Source: Mobula hypostoma (lineage: Eukaryota). Taken from it: a DNA stretch of 64,000 bases. Below the pieces are notes generated by a model. The model was given only the letters and a program-made list of their open reading frames with translations. It searched no databases and had not been told where the DNA came from. Position 1 is the stretch's first letter. Each line of letters starts with the position of its first letter. Made by a program: the position numbers and the translations under genes. Shown here in pieces: positions 50,220-62,830 of the stretch. The stretch covers positions 10,292,001 through 10,356,000 of the forward strand of contig NC_086097.1 of NCBI RefSeq assembly GCF_963921235.1, read 5' to 3'.

Positions 50220-52090
50220 GAATGTGTACACAGTTTAATGCAGACAAGTGTGAGGTGTTGCACTTTGGTAGGACCAACCAGGGTAGGTCTTACACAGTGA
50301 ACTGTAGGGAACTGAGAAGTGTAGTAGATTAAAGAGATCAGGGAATACAGGTGCATAATTCATTGGAAGTTGTGTCACTGATGGATAGGGTCATAAAGAA
50401 AGCTTTTGGGACGTAGACCTTCATAAATCAAAGTAATGAGTACAGGAGATGTTGAAGTGTCATGGTCCAGTCCGTGAAGTCCGCATTCCAGTTCACTGTC
50501 CGGTCCATTGACCCTTGTTCCAGGTTTTCCTGTCTACCCTGTTTCTGTTCCTGTTGAGCACTAATTGAGGCCGCTGTTTCTCGTTGGGGCTGGCTGCATA
50601 AATACCTCCAGAGACCAGGGCGTGGCGGCTAGATTGTTCTTGTCCTTACTCCTTGTATCCCTTCCCCTGCCTTCTGTTTCCTCACCTGAAGCCTTGCCAG
50701 CAACTCCCGCCTCGCTTGAAGTGCTTGTCTCGCCTTGTATTGCTTGAAGCCTTGTCTTGTCTTGCTGGTAACTCTCGCCTCGTCTCGCCTGCAGTCTTGT
50801 CCTGGAGCCACCCTGTACCTAGCTCCCTTCCTGTCCCTTGCATCCGCCAAGTAAGTCAGGCTGTCTTGCCGTTACCTGCGGTTGGTTCTGTCCCTTCATG
50901 GCCCTTGCCTCCGCCGGGTAGGTCAGACCATCTTGCCATTACCCTGCGGTTGGTTCTGTCCCTTCCCATCCCTTGCCTCCGTTGGGTAAGCCAGGCCGTA
51001 TTTCCGTTACCTACAGTTGGTCCTGTCCTTTCCTATCCCTTGCCTCCATTGGGTGGAGTACCGTGCCCTGTCCAGGTGATCCGTGCCCTGCCCAGGAGGA
51101 GCTTCAAGACCCCAGGCCTTGAGCCTTGCCCCAAGCCAAGCTTCAAGACCCCAAGCCTCAAGCCTCTAGTCTCTAGCCTTGCCCTAAGTCTCTGGTCTCC
51201 AGCCTCGCCTCAAGTCTCTGGTCCCCAGCCTCGCCTCAAGTCCCTAGCCTCACCTTAAGTCTCAAGCCTGAAGACTCCAGCCTCGTCCTGCCTACCAGCC
51301 AAGTCACATCCTTTCCTAGTTCCGGGATCCGAGCCAGAGGCAAGATCCAGGTTCTGAGTCCCTGTCCAGTCTCTGGCTCGGAGTCCAAGCCCGGGCTCCT
51401 AGCTCTCTTATCCAGTCCTGATCTGGGTTCCCGGTTTTCGTGTCCATGTCCTAGCCCTCACCCTGTATCTTAGTCCTGTCCCTAGTACTTCAGTGTCTGT
51501 GTCTTGCACTTGGGTCTGTTCCCAGCCACCTCCTTATGACATGAAGTTGTATAAGACATTGGCGAGGCCTAATTTGGAGTGTTGTATGCAGCTTTGGTCA
51601 CTTACTGTACTTACAGGAAATTTTGATAGAGTACAGAGAAAACTTATAAGGATGTTGCCAGGTCTGGAGGACCTGAGTTATGAGGAAATATTGAAAAGGT
51701 TAGGACTTTATTCCTTAGATCGTAGAAGATTGAGAGGAGATTTGATAGAGGTTCACAAAATTATGAGAGGTATAAATGCAAGCAGGCTTTTTCCACTGAA
51801 GTTGGGTGAGACTACAACAAAAGGTGAGAGGTGAAAAGTTTAAGGGGAACATTAGGGGGAACTTCTTCACGCAGAAGGTCATGAGAGTGTGGAATAAGCT
51901 GCCAGTGCAAGTGGTGTATGCGAGCTTGATTTCAACATTTAAGAAATATTTGAATAGATACATGGATCATTGGGGTGTGGAGGGCTATGGTCCCAGTGCA
52001 GGTCGATGAAGTAGGTAGTTTAATTGATCTTGGCATGGACTAAATGGGCCAAAGGACCTGTTCCTGTGCTGTATCTTTCTATTACTCTGT
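50220..52090 (+). mobile_element. CR1 3' fragment interrupted by a solo LTR
   Basis: KCEVLHFG, RPNLECCMQ and GNFFTQKVMRVWNKLP on either side of 50458-51541. Confidence 0.8.
50458..51541 (+). mobile_element. Solo LTR, same family as 9603-10732
   Basis: TGTCAT...ATGACA; 5-bp TSD TGAAG (50453-50457, 51542-51546). Confidence 0.85.
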
Positions 52091-52542
52091 TTTTCCCCAG
52101 GGTTAGGGAATCAAGAAGTAGAGGGCAGATACACTTATGTTTTGTAACTGCAAAAATGAATTGAAAGAAAAAGGCCGGAGCCCGCAAGATGCGTGTAAAG
52201 TTCGTTTTTACTTTAAGTGAGGAACACACGTAGGATGCGGTGCCATAATGCTGAATCTCATTCATGTACTTTTATAAATCCTTAATGAATTATGGAAACA
52301 ACAAAGAATGTTTACTCTAACAATATATTTGCAATATTACTCAAATATTACTGAAAAATTAAATGCACAAGAGGGACGTATTTAATAAAACCCTAAGGAG
52401 CAACCTTTTCATCCACAACGTGATTGGTATATATTATGAACTACCAGATAAAGTGGTTGAGACAGATACGTTAAACCAATTTAAAAGGTACTTGGACAGG
52501 TGCATGGACTGAAAAGGCTAAGAGGGAATAGGAGCCGAAAAA

Positions 52543-54020
52543 GACCATAAGACCATAAGACATAGGAGCAGAATTAGGCTATTTGGCCCATGAGGTCTGG
52601 TTTGCCATTTAGTCATAGCTGAACCTTTTTCCCTCCTCAGCCTTCTCACCATAAGCTTTGATGCCATGTCAAAGAACTATCAAGCTCTGCCTTAAATACA
52701 TCCAAACACATGGCCTCCGCAGCTGTCTGTGGTAATAAATTCCACAAATTTATTGGATAGGTTGGGTGAGTGGGCAAGTTCATGGCAGATGCAATTTAAT
52801 GTGGATAAATGTGAAGTTATCCACTTTGGTGGCAAAAATAGGAAAACAGATTATTATCTGAATGGTGGCCGATTAGGAAAAGGGGAGGTGCAACGAGACC
52901 TGGGTGTCATTATACACCAGTCATTGAAAGTGGGCATGCAGGTACAGCAGGCGGTGAAAAAGGCGAATGGTATGCTGGCATTTATAGCGAGAGGATTCGA
53001 GTACAGGAGCAGGGAGGTACTACTGCAGTTGTACAAGGCCTTGGTGAGACCACACCTGGAGTATTGTGTGCAGTTTTGGTCCCCTAATCTGAGGAAAGAC
53101 ATCCTTGCCATAGAGGGAGTACAAAGAAGGTTCACCAGATTGATTCCTGGGATGGCAGGACTTTCATATGAAGAAAAACTGGATGAACTGGGCTTGTACT
53201 CGTTGGAATTTAGAAGATTGAGGGGGGATCTGATTGAAACTTATAAAAACCTAAAGGGATTGGACAGGCTAGATGCAGGAAGATTGTTCCCGATGTTGGG
53301 GAAGTCCAGAACAAGGGGTCACAGTTTGAGGATAAAGGGGAAGCCTTTTAGGACCGAGATTAGGAAAAACTTCTTCACACAGAGAGTGGTGAATCTGTGG
53401 AATTCTCTGCCACAGGAAACAGTTGAGGCCAGTTCATTGGCTATATTTAAGAGGGAGTTAGATATGGCCCTTGTGGCTACGGGGATCAGGGGGTATGGAG
53501 GGAAGGCTGGGGCGGGGTTCTGAGTTGGATGATAAGCCATGATCATAATAAATGGCGGTGCAGGCTCGAAGGGCCGAATGGCCTACTCCTGCACCTATTT
53601 TCTATGTTTTTATGTTTATAAATTTACCACCGTTTGGCTAAAGAAACTTCTCTGCATCTCTGTATTAAAAGGACACCCCTCTATCCTGAGTCTGTACCCT
53701 CTTGCACTAAACTCACCCACGATGGGAAACATCCTTTCCACATCTACTGTCTAGGCTATTCAATGTACAAAAAGTTTCAGTGAGATCCCTCTCATCCTTC
53801 TAAATTCCAGCGAGTACAGACCCAGGGCCATCAAATGTCCTCATATGATAACCCTTTTATTCCTGGATTCATCCTTGTGAACCTCCTCTGAACTCTTTCC
53901 AATGCCAGCACATCTTTTCTTAGATAAGGACCCAAAACTGTTCACAATACTCAAGGTACAGCCTCACTGGAGCCTTATAAAGCCTCAACATCACATCCCT
54001 GCTCTTGTATTCTAGACGTC
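52543..54020 (-). mobile_element. Older CR1 3' fragment hosting a young CR1
   Basis: (AGACCATA)n tail in reverse; host rejoins as CCAC AAATTTA CCACC. Confidence 0.8.
52753..53619 (+). mobile_element. Young CR1, 5'-truncated, near-identical to 32390-33251
   Basis: Stop-free RT C-terminus to 53523; TSD AAATTTA (52746-52752, 53620-53626). Confidence 0.95.
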
Positions 54021-55957
54021 TTGAAACCAATAAATAATAAGGTGCATTTACATCGTAAGTTAAAAAGTAAATGGTATAACACTACTTGTGCTTCATTCAA
54101 AGTGTGACTTTGAGAAACTATTAGACTACAATAAAATCTAATCCTTTTCACTCATATCACTGACAGAAATAAATCAAATATCCTTACCCAGTATTTTTTT
54201 TATTTATTGAGATACAGTGCGTGGTGGGCCTTTTCAGCCTTCGAGCCATTCTGCCCAGCACACTTGCATTTAACTGTAGCCTAATCATGGGACATTTTAC
54301 CACGGGCAATTAACCTACCAACCAGTGTGTCTTTAGACTGTGAGAGGAAACCAGAACACCCAGGAAAAGCCTAAGTGGTCATGGGGAGAATGCACCACCT
54401 CCTTAGCGACAGCAATGGGAATGGTACCCCGGACAGCTGTACTGTAGAGTGTTGGGTTAACCACTACGCTACTGTGAATATGGCTTCCAGGCTATCAGTG
54501 TGGTAAAATCTTGGCTGCTCTCTAAAACTGGCACTCCATTCAAAGAGAATATAAGGCTGAGCTTTAAATCTTCACGTTGCCAGAATTGTCCAGATTCCAG
54601 GAGCTAACGTATCATGGAAACTTATCTTCAGGATGTGAGTGACATTGGTAAGGTTGTGCTTGTTCTTCCTCACCACTTAACTTCAGGAAGGTACTTTTTT
54701 TTTATTTCCCCCAGTAATTGCTATACATTGATGAGTTACAGACTGGATACATTTTACTAGATTCAATTACTGCAGCTTGGCCCTGGAGTAAGGAACAGGC
54801 CGGAGCCAGGTATGGATTGCAAGTTTTCTTTCCTGAGAAGAATTAGTGAACATTTTAAAACATTCAAGTTGCTTCCAAGGGCCTCTTTATCTGATGCCAA
54901 CCTTTAAATTATTATAATTAAGTTTAGTTTCACAATGAAATTTGATCTTATGACTCCCAAGCTATTATACAGTGCTACAACCCTGACTTTACAGCGAAAC
55001 CCAACCAAAGAAAATTTCCAAGCACAGTCCCATTTCTGTTAAACAACACTAGAGAGAAATCAGGAACATGAGATATTGTAGATTTCTTTGCTTCATCCAG
55101 GCTTAGGGCCAGTGATAACTTGTTAAAGTGCTTTCTCTCCAACTGTCCGTGATACAATACAGCCCAAGCTATGAGCCTGGGATCCGTTAGACTTCATGAT
55201 TCAATTCTACAACTTGCTTTCTATCCAGTCAGTTCAAATTTTCAAGTTAAATTCTTCAAAACAGTATCTAAACTGGGCACATTGCAAGAAAGTACCACAG
55301 CTGGTTTTCCAGGCGCATGTGGTGACCCAGCCAATCCTACAGAACCAGATTTATTTTATTTTATCTAGCAATATAGTATGGAATAGGCCCTTCCAGCCTT
55401 TCGAGCCATGCCACACCAGAATCCCACAAACTCCAATTAACCCTAACCTAATCACAGGGCAATTTACCATGACAATTAGGCAACCCAGTATGTTTTTGGA
55501 CTGTGGGAGGAAACCAAAGCACTCTAAGAAAACTCAAGCATTCCACAGGGAGGAGGAACAGAAAACCCTTAAGGAACGGTGATGAGATTGAACTCATTAT
55601 TATCATTTATTATCAAAGTATATATACACTACACAATCTTCAGATTCCTCTCCTTACAGGTAGCCATAAAGCCAGAAACCCAAAAGAACCCATTAAAAAG
55701 ATCTCATTGAAACTGGATAGAATGGATGTGGAGAGGATGTTTCCTATGGTGAGGGAGTCTAGGACCAGAGTGCACAGCCTCAGAATAGAGGGGTTGGTCA
55801 TTTAGAACAGAGATGAGAAGCAATTTCTTTAGCCAAAGGGTGGTGAATCTGTGGATTTCAATGCCACAGACAGCTGTGGAGGCCACGTCATTTGGTATAT
55901 TTAAAGCAGAGGTTGGTAGGTTCTTGCTTAGTCAGGGTTTTAAAGGTAATGAGGAGA

Positions 55958-57442
55958 TGTCACTCTCTACAGGTGAGGTGCCGGAGGATTGGAGAGTGGC
56001 TCATATTGTTCCGTTGTTTAAAAAAGGATCGAAAAGTAATCCGGGAAATTATAGGCCGGTGAGTTTAACGTCAGTAGTAGGTAAGTTATTGGAGGGAGTA
56101 CTAAGAGACAGAATCCACAAGCATTTGGATAGACAGGGGATTATTAGGGAGAGTCAACATGGCTTTGTGCGTGGTAGGTCATGTTTGACCAATCTGTTGG
56201 AGTTTTTTGAGGAGGTTACCAGAAAAGTGGATGAAGGGAAGGCAGTGGATATTGTCTACATGGACTTCAGTAAGGCCTTTGACAAGGTCCCGCATGGGAG
56301 GTTAGTTAGGAAAATTCAGTCGCTAGGTATACATGGAGAGGTGATAAATTGGATTAGACATTGGCTCGATGGAGAAGCCAGAGAGTGGTGGTAGAGAATT
56401 GCTTCTCTGAGTGGAGGCCTGTGACTAGAGGTGTGCCACAGGGATAAGTGCTGGGTCCATTGTTATTTGTCATCTATATCAATGATCTGGATGATAATGT
56501 GGTAAATTGGATCAGCAAGTTTGCTGATGATACAGAGATTGGAGGTGTAGTAGACAGTGAGGAAGGTTTTCAGAGCCTGCAGAGGGACTTGGACCAGCTG
56601 GAAAAATGGGCTGAAAAATGGCAGATGGAGTTTAATACTGACAAGTCTGAGGTATTGCACGTTGGAAGGACAAACCAACGAAGAACATACAGGGTTAATG
56701 GTAAGGCACTGAGGAGTGCAGTGGAACAGAGGGATCTGGGAATACAGATACAAAATTCCCTAAAAGTGTCGTCACAGGTAGATAGGGTCGTAAAGAGAGC
56801 TTTTGGTACATTGGCCTTTATTAATCAAAGTATTGAGTATAAGAGCTGGAATGTTATGATGAGGTTGTATAAGGCATTGGTGAGGCCAAATCTGGAGTAT
56901 TGTGTTCAGTTTTGGTCACCAAATTACAAGAAGGATATAAATAAGGTTGAAAGAGTGCAGAGAAGGTTTACAAGGATGTTGCCAGGACTTGAGAAACTCA
57001 GTTACAGAGAAAGGTTGACTAGGTTGGGACTTTATTCCCTGGAGCGTAGAAGAATGAGGGGAGATTTGATAGAGGTATATAAAATTATGATGGATATAGA
57101 TAGAGTGAATACAAGCAGGCTTTTTCCACTGAGGCAAGGGGAGAAAAAAACCAGAGGACATGGGTTAAGGGTGAGGGGGGAAAAGTTTAAAGGGAACATT
57201 AGGGGGGGCTTCTTCACACAGAGAGTGGCGGAAGTATGGAATGAGCTGCCAGACGAGGTGGTAAATGCGGGTTCTTTTTTAACATTTAAGAATAAATTGG
57301 ACAGATACATGGATGGAAGGTGTATGGAGGGATATGGTCCGTGTGCAGGTCAGTGGGACTAGGCAGAAAATGGTTCGGCACAGCCAAGAAGGGCCAAAGG
57401 GCCTGTTTCTGTGCTGTAGTTTCTATGGTACTATGGTTCTAT
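55958..57442 (+). mobile_element. CR1 LINE, 5'-truncated, nested in an older + strand CR1 tail (about 55707-57540)
   Basis: ORFs 55813-56394 and 56448-57362 (NYRPVSLTS, DFSKAFDKVPH, FADD); (TTCTATGG)n tail; GGAGA repeated at 55953-55957 and 57443-57447. Confidence 0.93.
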
Positions 57443-57664
57443 GGAGAAGGTAGGACAGTGGTGTGGAGAATGATAATAAATCAGCCATGATGAAATGACA
57501 GAGTAGACACAATTCTGACCTAATTCTACTCCTATGTCTTATTGGAGAATAACACATTACAACCATGTGAACATTTGTTACATTTGCCTCATTCTTCTAC
57601 AACATTAAGAAGAGAAAAGGAACTTGGACTCCCTACTTCCTTCAATATTTAAACATCAAAAGGG

Positions 57665-58060
57665 CAGTTGTGGAGGAAAATCAGTGGAAATTAGTAGATC
57701 ACTTTTGCACTGTCCACCACAAAAGGCACAATCTCCCAGAGGCCACCCATTTTGATTCACCTTCCTATTCCCATGCCAACACGTTTCTCATGGCTTCCAC
57801 TACAGCCACAACGAGGCCAAACTCAAGTTGGAGAAGCAACAGTTTATATCCTGTCTTGGTATCCTGCAACCTGAAGGTATGCACATCAATTTCTCTAACT
57901 TCCAGTAAGTTAGCAACCCTCCCTCCCTCTTCTTGTCCCTTTCTTTTTCTCATTCTAGTTACACTACTGTTCCTTCTCTTCTCATAACCTGTCCCTCACC
58001 TCCATCTGGTGCCCCTACCCCCTTCCTTTCTTTCATGGTCCACTGTCCTCTCCTATCAGA
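57665..58060 (+). mobile_element. Decayed Penelope-like fragment
   Basis: DHFCTVH...ATHFDS resembles the GIY-YIG C-terminal region at 42030-42250. Confidence 0.6.
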
Positions 58061-59224
58061 AACAGTAAACCACCCATTCCAAACTGATGTCCCATTGTGG
58101 CTTGCTACTTCAGCATCACGGCAAGTCCATGGGTGGTGCCACATTTCCTCTGATCCAGCAAGGTTGCTTCTTAAATCTGAGGTAAATGTATACTAATGTG
58201 CTGTGTTAGGCTGGTGTTACCTTATGCAATTGTGTCACATAGCAGTTAGCACAGCTCAGGATTTTTGAGTTCAGAGTTCAATTCCAGCGTCATCTTTAAA
58301 GAGTCTGTACGTCCTTCCTGTGGAATGTCTGTGTTTTCTCCGGGTGCTCCAGTTTCCTCACACCGTCCAAAATCGTATCTGTTAGTGGGTTGATCGTTCA
58401 TTGTAAACTGTCCTGTGATTAAGTGAGGGTTAAATCAGTAGGTTGTTAGGTGGCCAGCTCGAAGGGCCCAAAGGGCCTATTCTGCGCTTTTTGTCAGCAA
58501 ATAAGTAAATAAATTGTTAACTAGAATATATATTCTGTAATTATGTTAATTGTCCTAACAATCATATGATTATCACAATACTTCTAATGTAAATGTAATA
58601 TTTGACAGAATATTGCAGGAAGAACCTGAAGATACCCCCATGCTCTTGCTCTATTAAACTCTCTCTAACACTCAACCCCCTCATTCAGAAATAATGATCC
58701 TGCTCTCATCTTAAAATGTCAAATGATTTCTAAAGCAAGTAAGAGGAATTTTACTCAAAATTCACTGTTCTGGAAAATTCCTCATTGGAAAATTTATTCC
58801 AAGCTTGAGTACTAGACAGCCTACTTCATTATTTGAACTATATTTCACTATGTTATGACTCACTTCAGTCTTCTCCATCCACTTTATATATTTGAGACTA
58901 CACCAAAGAATCCTTTTGATCTTTGAACCAATTTTAATGTTTGTGTGAATAACAAACATTATTTGGCATCCTTTGAAGCAGGATTGTTATGTCATTATGA
59001 TATGCTTTTTAAAAGTAGTTTCATGTTTTCAAGCTCTGGGCTGTGATCAATAATTCATTCTTGCTTTTACACCTGGCTAGGCATGTTTTAGCTTTGTTAC
59101 TTGTGTTACTTAGTGCATTGGATCAACCTTCCCATGTATCCAGTAGGCTGAAGATTGGCTCTTTCTACAATTGGTGGATCACCAACTTAGCTGATTCTAC
59201 CACTGAACATGTTTTTAACTCACT

Positions 59225-60150
59225 CTTCCTCTTGCTTTCTGCAGGGATCACTCCTTTCACAATGCCATTGACCTTTGGGTGAGGTGAGGCAACACTTCAC
59301 CCGCGAATCTGCTGGGGTTCTCTTTTGTGTCCAATGCTCCCGGATGCAGTCTCCTCCACATTGGTGAGACTCATTGTAAATTGGAGAACACTTCATCGAG
59401 CACCTCCGCACCATCTACCACAAACGGGACTTCCTAAAGGCCAAACATTTTAATTCCATTTCCCTTTCCCGTTCTGACACGTTGATCCATGGCCTCCTCT
59501 TATGCCAAGATGAGACCACCCTCAGGGTGGAGGAGCAGCACCTCATATTCTGTCTGGGTACCCTCCAATTGAAAGGTATGATTATACCTCTATTTTCCAC
59601 TCTGTCCTTTACCACACTCACCTGCTTCTCATACCCGCAGGATCCCCTCTTCCTTCCCTTTCTCCTATGGTCCACTCTCCTCTCCTGTCAGATTCTTTCT
59701 CCTCCCGGCTGGCTTCACCGATCACCTTCCCGCTAGCCTCTCTCCACTTCACCCCCACCTTTTATTCTGCACCTTGCTCCTTCCTTCTCAGTTCTGAAGA
59801 ACAGTTTCAGTTTGAAATGTCAACTTATGTTCTAATTTATATATCTATTTTTATGGGGTTATGGTCATAAATATGTAACTTTTTAAATATCTATTATTTT
59901 TGTTTTTCTGCTTTTTTTAATCAATTCAACATACTTATATTCACTTATAGTAATTTATTTGCTTATTTATTTTTCTTTCTCTGTTATCATGTATCGCATT
60001 GAACTGCTGCTGCTGTTAACAAAAATTCACAACACATGCTGGTGATAATAAACCTGATTCTGATTTCTATACATGCTGCCTGATCTACTGAATTCCTCCA
60101 GCATCTTATGTATGTTGCTCTGGATTTCCAGCCTCTGAAGAATTTCTTGT
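59225..60150 (+). mobile_element. Decayed Penelope-like fragment with hammerhead-like block, split by a Rex-type tail
   Basis: IHGLLLCQDETTLRVEEQHLIFCLGTLQ; AGTT CTGAAGA...GAAA TGTC AACT at 59790-59825. Confidence 0.75.
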
Positions 60151-60334
60151 GTATATTATTAGTTGAGTTACTGCAAATCTCCTTAGATTAAAACGTACTT
60201 CGTGAACATTCTTCCTTCTTACACGGAGCTTGAACCTCTATCTACCAAACTTCAATTCGTCAAGTCTGAACAAACCAGTCTACTTTTAGCTGATCAAGAT
60301 TAGATTAAATGTTAGATTTACTTATCTCATCTAC

Positions 60335-60886
60335 GCTACTGTGCAAAAGTCTTGTGCACATATAAATAGCTAGGGTGCCTAAGACTTTTTCACAGCACTG
60401 TATTTGTCAACTTGGAGCGGAGAGCGAAAGTTTGTACATCTGGTGGGAGCAAAGGATGTAGGGAACGGTGCGGATGGAGCGCTGTGGGAGGGGTGCGGGA
60501 CAGGTGGCAGAGAAGAAGGGCCAGGGGTGGGATGGTGCAGGTGCAGATACACCCAGCCCTAAGACACCAGGCAGGGTCATTTGATTTCAAACAATTGATT
60601 TATTAATCAATACAGAATGTCCCTCTGGTGCTTCCTGTTCCATCCCTTCTCCCTTCCCTTTTTTCCCCAACCGTGATTGCACTCTGTCTCCTCCTTCCCA
60701 CTCTCGATCCACAATAGAGACCCACATCAGAATCAGAATCAGGTTTATCATCACTCACATATGTCATGAATTAAGTTTTTATTTGTGGCAGCAGTGAGGT
60801 GCAATACATAAAATTACTATAGTACTGAGCAAAAGTCATAGCTATATATATATATATATATATGCCTAAGAATTCTGCACAGTACT
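60335..60886. mobile_element. Tc1/mariner-like non-autonomous element
   Basis: TACTGTGCAAAAGTCTT...AAGAATTCTGCACAGTAC inverted ends with internal partial repeats of the TIR. Confidence 0.6.
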
Positions 60887-61909
60887 AAAAATCTAATTGT
60901 CAAAATATACACAGGAATATGTTGTCTGTCAATGACCAACACATTCTGAGGATTTACTGGGGCTGCCCGTAAAGATTGCCATGCTTTCAGCAGCAAGATA
61001 ACCCACTCAAAACTTATTCTCCCTAACTTGTACGTCCTTGAAATTTGGAGGAAACTAGAGCACCCGTGTGGTTAAAGTCAGTTTGTCCTGGACTTGCAGC
61101 ACAAAGAATTCGGAATATAATAATAGATGTTAGGGCTTGCAGTCCACATGCAAAATTCTCTTCTTTGGACTTAAACCACACTGAATTTCAGAATACATGA
61201 AGTATTACTGACATTTTATTTGCAAATACTGTCAATTGCAGGAACTAAAGAACGCCGTGAAATACAATATTGGATTAAAGTCTAGATTGTGTTTTTTATT
61301 GTTTTCTTTGTTTTAGCTTTCTTTACACTTGCTTACAAAATATGTTGGTATGATCATCTTCCAGCTAGCCTCTTTCCCCTCCCCCCACCTTTTTTGTTCT
61401 GGTGTCCTCCCCCTTCCTTTCTGGTCCCAGTGAAGGGTCTCGGCCCAATTCGTCGACTGCTCATTCATTTCCATAGTTGCTGCATGACCTGCTGAGCTCC
61501 TCCAGCATTTTCAGTGCGTGTGTTTTTATAATCACCTGTTTGTCTGTAAACTTTTAGTAACTTATGGAATATTTATTTCTATACTCCCATAGTTTCTTTG
61601 TCTGTAAAGCTGAAATGTGACTCAGTCAATACTTGTTCACAAGTTCTTTACCTAAACTGGTTCAGACCAGTTTGCAGTAAAAAAGGAAGCACATGCTCAA
61701 ATTCCTTTGTTACTTCTCTTTACTGACCTTACATGCCGGTACAAGCTGACCCTGTCTGACCTGCAGTATAATGAACCACAAATAGAGCTATAATGACCAT
61801 AAGAATTTCTCCTCATTCTTGACTTCTACAGAACCTTCTGGAAAACATCATCTCCAGATCTAACAGTCATTAGTCATTTTCCCTTTTGTCAGAGACCTTT
61901 TCCCAGGGC

Positions 61910-62235
61910 TGAGATAGTCAGAGGCTTTTTCCCAGGGCTGAAATGGCTAGCACGAGAGGGCACAGTTTTAAGGTGCTTGGAAGTAGGTACAGAGGAGATC
62001 TCAGGGGTAAGTTTTTTACGCAGAGAGTGGTGAGTGCGTGGAATGGGCTGCCGGCAACGGTGGTAGAGGCGGATACGATAGGGTCTTTTTAAGAGACTCC
62101 TGGACAGGTATATGGAGCTCAGAAAAATAGAGGGCTATAGGCAACCCTAGGTAATTTCTCAGGTAAGGACATGTTCAGCACAGCTTTGTGGGCTGAAGGG
62201 CCTGTATTGCGCTGTAGGTTTTCGATGTTTCTATG
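61910..62235 (+). mobile_element. CR1/HER1-like 3' fragment
   Basis: Closely similar to 6392-6710. Confidence 0.85.
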
Positions 62236-62284
62236 TAGCTGTTCTATAAAATCGATTCAGCAAAACATTGTGGGCTGAAAGGAA

Positions 62285-62830
62285 ACTTTTGGCACATTGG
62301 CCTTCATAAATTAAAGTAATGAATATACTGTAGGAGTTGGGATGTTATGCTGAAGTTGTATAAGACATTAGTGAGGCTTAAATTGGAGTATTGTGTGTGT
62401 TGCTAAGACTTGAGGACCTTAGTTGTAGGGAAAGGTGTTATTGCAGAGAAAGAAGAAGGAGGGGAGATTTGATTAAGGAATAGAAACAATGACGGGTATA
62501 GATAGGGGAAATGCCTACAGGCTTTTGCCACTGAAGTTGGGTGAAGCAAGAACTTGGTTTCATGGGTTAAGGCTGAAAGGTGAAATGTTAAGTGGGAACA
62601 TGAAGGAGTCTTCATTTCGATAGTGGTGGGAGTGTAGAAGGAGATGCCAATGGAAAGGATGAATGCACATTCAATTTCATGATTTAAGAGCAATTTGGAT
62701 GGGTACATGGATGGGAGGGGATGGGAGGGGTATGGAGGGCCATGGTCTGGGTGCAGGTCGATGGCAGTAGGCAGGTTAATAGTTCAGCATAGACTAGATT
62801 GGCTGAAGGGCCGGTTTTTATGCTGTAGTG
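62285..62830 (+). mobile_element. Old CR1 3' fragment
   Basis: Degenerate match to 56800-57420. Confidence 0.65.

Noticed and set aside
50653..51258. 201-aa Pro/Leu/Ser-rich ORF
   Set aside because: Product of the pyrimidine-rich tandem repeats of a solo LTR
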